Origin: Candidatus Gottesmanbacteria bacterium RIFCSPLOWO2_01_FULL_42_22
GTDB taxonomy: Bacteria > Patescibacteriota > Microgenomatia > 2-02-FULL-39-11
DNA length: 64,000 nucleotides
Assembly (NCBI GenBank): GCA_001779315.1
Contig: MFJU01000006.1
Span: 2,612 to 66,611, forward strand
Reading direction: 5' to 3'
Below the pieces are notes generated by a model. It saw only the letters and a program-made list of their open reading frames with translations, made no database searches and had not been told where the DNA came from. Shown here in pieces: positions 7,717 through 17,500 of the stretch. How positions within the stretch are numbered: the first letter of the stretch is position 1; every line of letters starts with the position of its first letter. The position numbers and the translations under genes are program-made.

Positions 7717-8826
7717 ATGAAAATATTAATTTTAAAAGAGAATCTTGTAAGAGCTTTATCGATTGTAGGAAAAGGGATTTCCCTAAGACCTCAATTACCT
7801 ATTCTGTCTCACATTTTACTCAAGGCTGCCAAAAACCGTCTGGAGTTTTTATCTACTAATTTGGAATTGGGAATTATATACCAAACTTCAGCCAAAATCG
7901 AAAAAGAAGGAGAAGTAGCAGTACCGGGAAAACTCCTGACGGAATTTATTAATTCATTAGCAGCGGACAAATTGGAAATTACGGCAACTGATAAAAGCCT
8001 GGAAATAAAAACAGAGACAAGCCGCGCCTCCTTTGCTATCGGTAACCCGGCTGACTTCCCCATTTTTCCCCAAACTGTTGCTTTTGACCGGAAGTTGCCC
8101 TTTTCAAAAATCAAAGATTCAATTATCCGTATGGCTTTTGCCGCATCTACCGACGAAGGCCGCCCCGTACTGACAGGGGTCAGGACCAGAATCACAGATG
8201 GAAAACTGTCGATGTCGGCAACCGACGGCTACCGTTTATCCAAAGAAGAAGTCGTTGTCATGGGAAAAAACGAGACCCTGGAAGTTATCATTCCCGCCCA
8301 ATCACTTTTGGAAGTCGTCAGAATTGCCCAGGAACTTAAAACAGAAGAACTGGGTATTTCCATTATTGAAAATAAAAACCAGGTAGTCTTTTCCCTACCC
8401 GATACCAAAATATACAGCCGGCTTATAGACGGCGAATTTCCCAATGTGGAAAAAATTATCCCCGACAGTTTTAAGACCAGAGTCATTCTGGACAAAGAGT
8501 TGTTTTTCCAAGCCGTCAAAACAACTTCTATTTTTGCCCGGGGAGCGGCCAATATCATCAAAATAAAAATCGAGAAAGAAGGGGTCAGGCTTTCAGCCAA
8601 CACTCCTCAAGTCGGTGAAGAAACTGATTATATTGAAGCCAAAATTGAAGGGGAAGAAAGCGAAGTGGCTTTTAATTTCCGTTTTTTACTGGATCTTCTC
8701 AATAACTTTCCGGAAAAAGAACTGGTTTTTGAATCCTCGGGACCTCTCTCTCCGGGTGTTTTTAGACCGAAAACGGATGAAATTTCATTTCTTCACATCA
8801 TTATGCCGGTCCGCGTCCAGGGGTAG
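7717..8826 (+). CDS. dnaN: DNA polymerase III beta sliding clamp
   Basis: RPVLTGV, ATDGYRL, SRLIDGEFPN, HIIMPVR. Confidence 0.97.
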   Translation: MKILILKENLVRALSIVGKGISLRPQLPILSHILLKAAKNRLEFLSTNLELGIIYQTSAKIEKEGEVAVPGKLLTEFINSLAADKLEITATDKSLEIKTETSRASFAIGNPADFPIFPQTVAFDRKLPFSKIKDSIIRMAFAASTDEGRPVLTGVRTRITDGKLSMSATDGYRLSKEEVVVMGKNETLEVIIPAQSLLEVVRIAQELKTEELGISIIENKNQVVFSLPDTKIYSRLIDGEFPNVEKIIPDSFKTRVILDKELFFQAVKTTSIFARGAANIIKIKIEKEGVRLSANTPQVGEETDYIEAKIEGEESEVAFNFRFLLDLLNNFPEKELVFESSGPLSPGVFRPKTDEISFLHIIMPVRVQG

Positions 8827-10449
8827 ATCAACTAAGCGGTAATTAATGTCCAGGCGTTCTTTTTCAAAGGCAACCCAGGAGGCAGAATTATTTATCAGAT
8901 TTAAATTTTTTTCCTCAAAATTCTTCCAGGCAATATAGCGGCTGTTTCGGTAAAAAGCCATATCAGCCGGCACCGGTTCCACACCGACAAGCTGTGTACT
9001 GCCTGAATTTTTAATAAACATAAAAACAACTATTCCAGCGACTACATATACTGCAAATTTAGCAGCTGATAAAGTTAGTTTTAAAGCTGCTTCGTCCAGA
9101 CCCAGAGCTTGAATGATAGCCAAAGCTCCATTCCCTAAAAAAGGGACGACAAAAGCTAATGCTTGTTCTGCCAGTTTAAGTCCTGCTTTAGTGATAGCTT
9201 TAGTCGCTAATTTCCTAACTGCAGCTTCCGCCATGGCTTTAATCCGGCTGATAATTTGATGCATTATTGCTGCAACTATCTGCTGCATGATATTTGCCGC
9301 CAGGTTTTGCATATCAGCCATGTTAGAAACAAACGAAGATAAGGTTTTCCTAATTTTCGGTTTGCCTTGGCCAGGCGGTGGACCCCCCGGAGGTCCTTTG
9401 TGCTGACTGGTTATCTTCTCGGGCACCTTTTCCGCTAAAGGTTGATCGAATTTTGGTTTGGCTCCTTCCAGGACATTTTCAAAATGGGCTCCTTCAGCAA
9501 GGCCCCCTGAAAGGGCTGATAAATCGAATTCAGGTTTTGCCGCTGGAGGTTTGGCGATTTCTTTTTCAGCTTCTTTTCTTTTTGCCGCTTGTCCTGCCTC
9601 TGACTGAATCAACTGTTCTTCCGTTATACCTTCTGCAAAACCGGCTGCCAGTTTCTCCTCGGGGATTTTTCCTTCATAAATATAATCCAGTCTCGACTTT
9701 AATTGTTCTTCGGTTAATCTGGTATTTTGCGGATCAAGGGTATCGTGTTTAAGAACGCCTTCTGCCTTTTCAAAAATGCCTGCTTCTGTTACCCTGGCGA
9801 TTGCTTCTTCCCGGGCGGTTAAGAGGTCGTTTTTTAGTGCCCGTTCGGCTTTACCGTCAGCTTTTTTACCCTCTTTATTGCACTGGTCATGGTATATTTT
9901 TTTTGCCTGGCGGGAAAGTTCATCATCGATTGAGGCACGGGGATTTTTCTCCCGCCATTCGGAAAGCCCCTTTTTCAGCTGTTGGGAATTCTCGTCACTT
10001 AAAGTGAAACGGTCAATCGCTTTCTCTGTCTTGATTGATTCTTCCAGCCGTGCGGTATGCTGGTGGACGTGTTGGGCAATTTTAATCGCTGTACCCACAC
10101 GATCGTATCTATCCCTGGTGACTTCCCCTTTAAATCTGAAAAAAGCAAATTTGGTAGAATCTTTCTTTTTATTTTTTAGTCGGCGGCCGATTAATGCATG
10201 ACTGTCGATGACTCTTTGAAGTTCATGCGGATTCCGAAGATTCAACAATCGCTGATGGATGTTTTCGTCACTGATAGTTTTAAACGCTTTCTTGGTATCA
10301 TCAGTATATTTATATCCTCCTGCGCCTCCGGCAATTGTTAGTTGTATAAGGGAAGCCCAGGTTGCGGAATCCCGCTGGTCGAGGTCAAATCCCTGTTTTT
10401 CTTCTTCCGCAGTTTCCGGAGTAGACTTACCGTGTCCGGCTGTGTTCAT
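8785..10449 (-). CDS. Hypothetical membrane-anchored protein downstream of virB4
   Basis: 554-aa ORF with charged helical N-terminal part and Ala/Gly-rich hydrophobic C-terminal segment; no recognisable family. Confidence 0.7.
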   Translation of the reverse strand: MNTAGHGKSTPETAEEEKQGFDLDQRDSATWASLIQLTIAGGAGGYKYTDDTKKAFKTISDENIHQRLLNLRNPHELQRVIDSHALIGRRLKNKKKDSTKFAFFRFKGEVTRDRYDRVGTAIKIAQHVHQHTARLEESIKTEKAIDRFTLSDENSQQLKKGLSEWREKNPRASIDDELSRQAKKIYHDQCNKEGKKADGKAERALKNDLLTAREEAIARVTEAGIFEKAEGVLKHDTLDPQNTRLTEEQLKSRLDYIYEGKIPEEKLAAGFAEGITEEQLIQSEAGQAAKRKEAEKEIAKPPAAKPEFDLSALSGGLAEGAHFENVLEGAKPKFDQPLAEKVPEKITSQHKGPPGGPPPGQGKPKIRKTLSSFVSNMADMQNLAANIMQQIVAAIMHQIISRIKAMAEAAVRKLATKAITKAGLKLAEQALAFVVPFLGNGALAIIQALGLDEAALKLTLSAAKFAVYVVAGIVVFMFIKNSGSTQLVGVEPVPADMAFYRNSRYIAWKNFEEKNLNLINNSASWVAFEKERLDINYRLVDLPLDADRHNDVKK

Positions 10450-10459
10450 ATGATTTTAA

Positions 10460-12415
10460 TTATACACTTTGGATTTGAGGCATATTGGCAGGCAATGGTT
10501 TTTCCTGCTTCATTTCACCGGGTTTGGAGGTTGCCAGTTGGTATTCCTGGGCGGAGGCGATAAATTGGACGGCAGCATGTGAAGCACCGGCAAAAAACAG
10601 GCCTTCCCCCACCCCGGCTGATAAGAGAAAGTGCTTTTCCCCGCTTGACAGATAAAAAACTTCAGCCAGTTTATCAATAGCTGCCGTTGACTGTTTAAGA
10701 AGCACCTGCAAACTGGAATTGGTGATGATGGCTTTGCCGTGGTCGGTCGACAGGAAATCTTCCACATCTTGCGTGATGGTGGTCACCCCTAAATAATATT
10801 TTCTGGCCCTTTTGGCAATGCTGTAAAGAAAAGTGGCAGAATCAGGATGCTTCATCAGGTACCAGGCCTCATCAACCACCAGGATTCTTTTTTTGACCTC
10901 CCTTTTGATTTTCGTCCAGATAAAGTCAAGAATGGAGAAAATGGCCATCGGCCTCAATTCCGCTTCCAGTTCTTTGATATTAAAAACCGTCAAGGCATTT
11001 TTTAAATGCAGATTGGACTGTTGGTTGAAAATACCTGCCAAAGATCCCTTAACAAATTTTTCGAGGCGTTCTGCCAATCTGCGGGCGTTCTCTTCTTCCA
11101 TGCCCAAAAGGACTTTATATAAATCTTCCATCAGGGGCGGTTCCCTTTTTTGGGTTTCTGGATCAGGTGTTATCCCCTTCTGTTTATAGGTGGATACCAA
11201 TGCTTTGTCCAAAAGGGCATCCTCGGTAGGGTTTAATTCTCCCATGATCACTCTCATTAGGCCGTGAAGCGAAAGGATTTTTAAGCCCAATTCGTTTTCC
11301 CCCTCAGATACAATCCCCGAAAGATCAAAAGGATTGATCTTAACGGGTGAATTGAAGGAAAAATCCAATTGGTCTCCTCCCAATGTTTTGGTGATATCCG
11401 TGTATTCGCCTTCAGGATCAATGACAAAGACGTCGGTGCCGAACATTAAAGTACGCATGACTTCCAGTTTGACCAGAAAGGATTTGCCTGAACCGGATTT
11501 GCCGAAGATGACGCTGTTGCTGTTTTCCAGAGAGAAGCGGTTGAAAATTACCAAAGAACCGTCATGCTCGTTGATCCCGTAAAGGATGCCTTCATTAGCG
11601 GTAAGGGAGGCTGTTGTGAATGGAAAAGTGGTAGCCAGTGATGTTGTGTCCATGTTTCTGGTTATATCCAGCTTGTCGAGAGACATAGGTAAGGTCGATT
11701 TGAAACCGTCTTCCTGGGAAAGGGTGGCGTGCTTGGGGACAATCAGTAAAGAGCCCAGGGTTGACTCAACTTCCTTTGATGATCTGTTCAGCTCTTCTAT
11801 AGTATCTGCCGGGATAGAAACATAGAGAGAAAACTGGTAAAATCTTTCAGCGCCTTTTGCCAGTTGGGATTGAAGGGCTAGAGCGTCATCGAGTGAGACC
11901 TGGACTGACGGATCAATAACTTTGCCTCTTTTCATATCGACCTGAATGGTGGCCTCCATTTCAGCGATTTTCCTTTTGAGGTCTTCTAATATCACTTTTG
12001 ATTCAGCGGGGTAAATATACATGGAAATAAAAAGCGATTTGTCAAAAGACAATAATGGGTGAAGCCAGTTGGAAGCTACATATCTGGGATAACCGGCTAC
12101 GAACAAGGTGCGGTAAAAAGTATTATTGACTCTGATGTTGTCAAAATCAACTTCGACGAGAGAAGGAGCGATAATATCGCGGATATTGACCAATCCTTTG
12201 GTCAATTTTTGTTTGGCCTCCAAGAGCTGATTGCTTTTAGCAGTATTGGCGGCCCGGTTATTGACAACCGCATGACTGATTACCGGCTGAACTGGCTGGC
12301 CTACTGTTTGCAGATTCGGTTTAACACCGGGTTGAACCGGCTGAAGTGGTTGGACTGCCGCCACCGGTTTAGGAAGGATTGAAACAGGCGCTTTTTTTTT
12401 AGAAAATAAGGACAT
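10460..12415 (-). CDS. virB4: VirB4/TraC-family secretion ATPase
   Basis: Walker A IFGKSGSGKS, VIDPEGEY, INPFD, Walker B LVVDEAW, KRARKY, TITQDVEDF. Confidence 0.9.
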   Translation of the reverse strand: MSLFSKKKAPVSILPKPVAAVQPLQPVQPGVKPNLQTVGQPVQPVISHAVVNNRAANTAKSNQLLEAKQKLTKGLVNIRDIIAPSLVEVDFDNIRVNNTFYRTLFVAGYPRYVASNWLHPLLSFDKSLFISMYIYPAESKVILEDLKRKIAEMEATIQVDMKRGKVIDPSVQVSLDDALALQSQLAKGAERFYQFSLYVSIPADTIEELNRSSKEVESTLGSLLIVPKHATLSQEDGFKSTLPMSLDKLDITRNMDTTSLATTFPFTTASLTANEGILYGINEHDGSLVIFNRFSLENSNSVIFGKSGSGKSFLVKLEVMRTLMFGTDVFVIDPEGEYTDITKTLGGDQLDFSFNSPVKINPFDLSGIVSEGENELGLKILSLHGLMRVIMGELNPTEDALLDKALVSTYKQKGITPDPETQKREPPLMEDLYKVLLGMEEENARRLAERLEKFVKGSLAGIFNQQSNLHLKNALTVFNIKELEAELRPMAIFSILDFIWTKIKREVKKRILVVDEAWYLMKHPDSATFLYSIAKRARKYYLGVTTITQDVEDFLSTDHGKAIITNSSLQVLLKQSTAAIDKLAEVFYLSSGEKHFLLSAGVGEGLFFAGASHAAVQFIASAQEYQLATSKPGEMKQEKPLPANMPQIQSV

Positions 12416-12421
12416 ATAAAA

Positions 12422-13090
12422 TTAGATACCTTCAACTAAAGGCTTGCTATAACCGATTGCTTCCCCCAATTTTTCACCGATTAAAGTCGGATTATAAATA
12501 TTATAAAAAAGCTCAACCAATTCCTGGGTCGGCAGCTGTCGGCCTTTAAGTCCGATCCTGCCTAATTGTCTTAAAATATGATCCCTTTTAGGATAAAGGG
12601 AGGTTTTGGCTCGGGAGAGGATATAATCCTTGGCAAAGGGGAGTTTTTTCTTTTTTCCGGATACAGAGAAAGCTTCTTTGATGCCTAATTCCAGGGGTGA
12701 AAAGGGCACAACCAGGTAGAATTTTTTTTCCAAAACCCTGTTTTCCTTAATAGTAGAAAGGATGAATTCACGGTAAGTACGAATTCTGTCCCTGATTACC
12801 GGATTCGGCTGCTTTGTTTCTTCCTGGACAATGTAGTCAATATAGGAGGAAATATCCATTCTTTTGGAAAGAATAACCACCTGCAGGGGAAAAGAGAGTG
12901 AATTTAAAAAAGAAGCATAAGCGTAAATAAGCGCATCCTGTTCATCTTCGGACAAAAGGCCGAAATTGACCGCTGTGGTTTCCAGAAGGACCGCCGCACC
13001 TGCCGTCCTTAAGATCAAAATATCATCAATAATATCCTCAATGTCCAGAAAATCCTGGGTGCTGGCTCTGATAGGCGCTGAATTTTGCAT
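12422..13090 (-). CDS. Conserved VirB4-associated protein (TraC/VirB4 N-terminal-like)
   Basis: STQDFLDI, VNFGLLSEDEQDALI..FLNSLSFPLQ, ELFYNIYNP; lies between prgI and virB4. Confidence 0.7.
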   Translation of the reverse strand: MQNSAPIRASTQDFLDIEDIIDDILILRTAGAAVLLETTAVNFGLLSEDEQDALIYAYASFLNSLSFPLQVVILSKRMDISSYIDYIVQEETKQPNPVIRDRIRTYREFILSTIKENRVLEKKFYLVVPFSPLELGIKEAFSVSGKKKKLPFAKDYILSRAKTSLYPKRDHILRQLGRIGLKGRQLPTQELVELFYNIYNPTLIGEKLGEAIGYSKPLVEGI

Positions 13091-13140
13091 TAAAAAAAGA
13101 CTTACCTATTATCCAATCAAGCGATAAACAAATCAACTGA

Positions 13141-14376
13141 TCAGATTCCGGGATTACTAAAAAGTTCTTTATTTAATTGTTCGCGGATTTGCTCTTTTTC
13201 TCCTTTGGCGCTGATTTCAATCGGGAGAAAAATTTTTCCCTCGAGATTGATTTCTGCGATATCAAAAGTATATCTTTTTAAAGGATCTTCAGCTTCCACA
13301 TAATATGTACCGTTTTGCAAGGGTGTGGCCGTCGAGAATTGTCCCAGGCGGTTGGTTTTTAAGGCGCGGTGAGGATTACCTTTGGTGTCTTTTATGGTCA
13401 GTATGATATTGGGCAACAATTTTTTACTGCTGTCTTTAATGATTCCCATAATAATATTGGGTGCTTGGGGCAATTTCGGGATACCGATTTCGTTTACAGC
13501 GCTTCTCGGGGTTACTGTTTTGATGGTTGGTTTGGCTGCCTCTTTTTCTTCTTTCGGTTTAATGATGGCCGCAGCAGATGTTTTAGCAAGCTCATCTTTC
13601 AGTTTTATTAATTCTTCTTCCAGTTTTTCTTTTTCCTCTCTCAAATTTATTATTTTATCTTCCTCTGCCGGTGGCCTACTTACAGGGAGGGAGACGGGTT
13701 TGACAGCGGGGATTGTTGTTTGAGCGGGAGGTGGAGAAGGAGTTTGTTGTAAGGACGCTACAGGAGGTTTAAGCGGTGCGACAGAAATAACAGGTTTTAT
13801 TTGAGGTTGAAAGGTGGCTGTCAATTTAGGCGGCTGGACAATGGTTGATTGAGGCATCGAAGGTTGAAAATTAGCCGCTAAGGTAGCGGCAGTTGTGGCA
13901 AAAAGCTGCATAGTTTGATCGACATAGTGTTTTTCCCTGATATTTATTTGCTGATAGGGTTGGGCGGGCAGGGACTGAAGATAATTTTCCAGTTTTTTTT
14001 TAGCATCGACATGAGCTTCCTGGTGATTTTGCGGCAGGACTTTTGTTTGGGCATTATAAGCATAGGCCAGAATATCCGGCATATCTTCGACCTTTTGCCA
14101 GAGGTATTGCGTCGGCGACAGAATGCTTTTGATAAAAGCGACAATCCATTTGTCCAGTGGCCTTTCTTGAATGGGCAGGAAAGCAAAGGCAAAGCCGGAT
14201 AAAACTGCGGCTCCGATAATCGGATATGACAAAAGAGGAGGCAAGGGTAAAGTCTTATAAAGGATAAAACCGATGATGAAACCGCTAATTAAATAGCCGA
14301 ATTGCCTTACCGTCATGTCCCCGATGAGATGGAATTGAAAACTGGAAATATTTCTGGGTATAGGGTGTTGCTCCAT
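13141..14376 (-). CDS. PrgI-family membrane protein with Pro-rich linker, coiled coil and C-terminal beta-sandwich (carboxypeptidase-regulatory-like) domain
   Basis: HPIPRNISSFQFHLIGDMTVRQF, two TMs, ERPLDKW; C-terminal GIIKDSSKKLLPN..KTNRLGQF..LQNGTY. Confidence 0.8.
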   Translation of the reverse strand: MEQHPIPRNISSFQFHLIGDMTVRQFGYLISGFIIGFILYKTLPLPPLLSYPIIGAAVLSGFAFAFLPIQERPLDKWIVAFIKSILSPTQYLWQKVEDMPDILAYAYNAQTKVLPQNHQEAHVDAKKKLENYLQSLPAQPYQQINIREKHYVDQTMQLFATTAATLAANFQPSMPQSTIVQPPKLTATFQPQIKPVISVAPLKPPVASLQQTPSPPPAQTTIPAVKPVSLPVSRPPAEEDKIINLREEKEKLEEELIKLKDELAKTSAAAIIKPKEEKEAAKPTIKTVTPRSAVNEIGIPKLPQAPNIIMGIIKDSSKKLLPNIILTIKDTKGNPHRALKTNRLGQFSTATPLQNGTYYVEAEDPLKRYTFDIAEINLEGKIFLPIEISAKGEKEQIREQLNKELFSNPGI

Positions 14377-14536
14377 AGGCCTTAATTAAGGGTATGATGT
14401 GAAAAATATGGTTTCAACTACTTCATTAGTGGTCAGATTACTACTTAACTGGATTATCTTTTGTGAAATGTAGACCTTCAGGGTCGCGAGAGTCGGGATT
14501 GACATAAACCTTTAAAAAATGTTTTACTAAGAGGTA

Positions 14537-17500
14537 ATGCCGGGTCAGCTTTTTAAGTTCACCAAATACTTTAAAAAAGATCAGATTAAGAATCAGCCTG
14601 ATGATACTACTAGTCAGGTTCAGGAAGGTTCAACTGCAGTTACTTATTCACAGGCAAGTCCAAGCCAATCACCGCCGCAAGCCCCGATCCAATCGGGGCA
14701 AGCATATTCCGGCATCGGCAAGCCGTCCGGTAGTCAACAGGCTTATTCCGGTATTGGCAATCCGCCGACCCCTCCTCCGCCTCCCACTGCTTCCGATCAG
14801 AATGCAGCGGGACAGGCAGGCAAGACCGGGCAAAATGCCGCTTCATCAATTGATATGGGTAAAAGAGTCGGCATGGACGTTCTCTCCCGGATGACTCAAA
14901 GGTCAAATGATATTCTGTTGAAAGCAGTCACCAAAGTCAAAGAGCTTAAGGGACAGCATATTGATACGGAACATGTTTTATGGGCCCTTCTTTCAGATTC
15001 GGCTATCTACCAGCTGATATCAGACTGTAAAGCTGTTCCTTCAGAAATCCAGGCAGAATTGGAGAAAAGTTTTAAAAAAGGCAATTTTTCAGGTAATCCC
15101 CAATTTTCTCCCAGGATCAAAAGAGTTTTGGAATTATCTTTATCAACGGCCAAATCATTAGGTTATGAATTTATTTCTCCCGAGCACATTCTTTTAGCCC
15201 TTTCCCATGAAGGCGAAGGCTTGGCCGCCCAAGTTTTGAATAAATTTCACCTGACACAACAAGTTTTAAATCAGAAAATAACCGGTAAGAAAGAACTGGA
15301 GAAGAAGGAAGATGCTAGGAAACAGACAACTTTAGAGCAGTTTACCGATGATCTGACAGCTAAAGCAGCGCGGGGCGAACTGGATCCGGTAGTTGGCCGG
15401 AGTTGGGAGATCGAAAGGGTGATTCATATACTTTCCCGCCGCACAAAGAACAATCCGGTTTTAATCGGTGATGCGGGAGTAGGTAAAACAGCCATAGTTG
15501 AGGGCATGGCCCAGAGAATTGCCACAGGTGATGTGCCGGAAACACTGCTGCATAAAAGGATTTTGCAGCTGGATTTGATGTCTTTGATAGCCGGGGCCAG
15601 ACATCGGGGCGAGTTTGAAGAAAGGCTCAAGAATTTAATCAAAGAAGTCAAGTCAGCTGCCGGTTCCATTATTTTATTTATTGATGAGCTTCATAACATG
15701 GTTGGTGCCGGTTCAGGCGGTGAAGGCACCATGGATGCTTCCAATATCCTTAAACCTTCACTCGCCCGCGGAGAGCTTCAGGTAGTCGGGACAACCACCG
15801 TCACCGAATACCGTAAATACATTGAAAAAGACCCGGCTTTGGAAAGAAGATTCCAGCCGATCATTGTGGCTGAACCCACGAAAGATATCGCGGTGGAGAT
15901 GCTTTTGGCCATCCGTGATAAATATGAAGCCTTCCACCGGGTCAAGATTCCGGATGAGACGGTTGAGGAAGCGGTCAGATTATCCCAAAGATATATTGCC
16001 GACCGCTTTCTGCCGGATAAAGCAGTCGACCTTATCGACGAAGCAGCGGCTGCCGTGAGATTACCGGCCATTTCGTTGCCTGAAGAAATCAAAAGCAGCG
16101 AAAACAAATTGAAAAAACTGGAGCACGAAAAAGGGGAAGCGGAAAAAGCAGGAGACACAGTCAGATTCGAAAGCCTGAAAAGGGAAATTGATGACATAGG
16201 TAAAAGCCTGACGGAACTGAAAGAGCAGTATCAAATCAAAAAGTCGACAACCACCAATTCCGTTAATAAAGAGGTCATTGCGGAAATTGTGGCTCGCTGG
16301 ACCAACATTCCGGTTTCCCGCCTGACGGAAAGCGAAGCGGTTAAACTTATGGAACTTGAGAAAACCATCCATAAAAGATTGATTGACCAGGAAGAAGCTG
16401 TCTCGGCTGTCTCTGAGGCGGTCAGGCGCGGACGCGCCGGTCTCAAATCCAACAAAAGGCCGATCGGCTCTTTTATTTTCATGGGTCCGACAGGAGTCGG
16501 TAAGACGGAACTGGCCAAATCATTAGCGGAAATCCTTTTCGGCAGCGAGGAAATGATGGTCAGGCTGGACATGACGGAATACATGGAAAAACATGAAGTG
16601 GCCAAACTTATCGGTGCTCCCCCGGGCTATGTCGGCTATGACGAGGGCGGGCAGTTGACAGAAGCGGTGCGCCGCAGACCTTATTCCGTAGTTTTATTGG
16701 ATGAAATCGAAAAAGCCCATCCGGACGTTTTTAATATATTGATCCAGCTTTTGGATGATGGCCGGCTGACCGATAACAAGGGACACACCGTTTCCTTTAA
16801 AAACTCCATCATAATCTGTACCTCAAATTTGGGAAGCTCCATCATTCAGGAAGAGATGCTCAGCTGGGAGCAGGGAAATCTGCCCGCAAGCATGCTTAAG
16901 GAAAAAACCAAAATGATCAGGACTTATGTTATCTCTCCTACCGGCCGCGAAATTATATCATTAGACGGAATCCTCTGGCAGAAAGACCCCGGGCAGACTC
17001 TATGGAAAAAATCGGACCTGAAAGAATATTTTGCCGGCAATCAGACAATCGGGGTAGCACCTCAAGAACCGACGACAGAACAATCTCCACAAACTGATAA
17101 GACGCAGCCGCAAAATCAAGCCCAAGCATCGGGCAATTTTCCCGGGAGTTTCGATACCCATGTAATCGGAGCTGACGGCAGTGAAACCATCACTTCTGAT
17201 GACACTCTCTGGTTCAGAACCTCAACCATATCCAAGGAATGGCATTCCTCAAAGCTTTTGGAGAATTTGAAAGACCATATTGTCATCAACGCCAAGCCGG
17301 ACAAGCCGGAAGAACAGCTGCCAACTGCTAAACTTGATAGCCATGCTGTCAATTTAAAAAATGAGGAGTTTATTTCACTCAATGACCGTTTCTGGATGCG
17401 GCCGAATTTACAGGTCAAAGACTGGACGACCGGCACCCTGGGGGAATATTTTGCCGATGCATCCGTTGAGGAGGAAGCTGTTGCTAACGAGGCAAAACCC

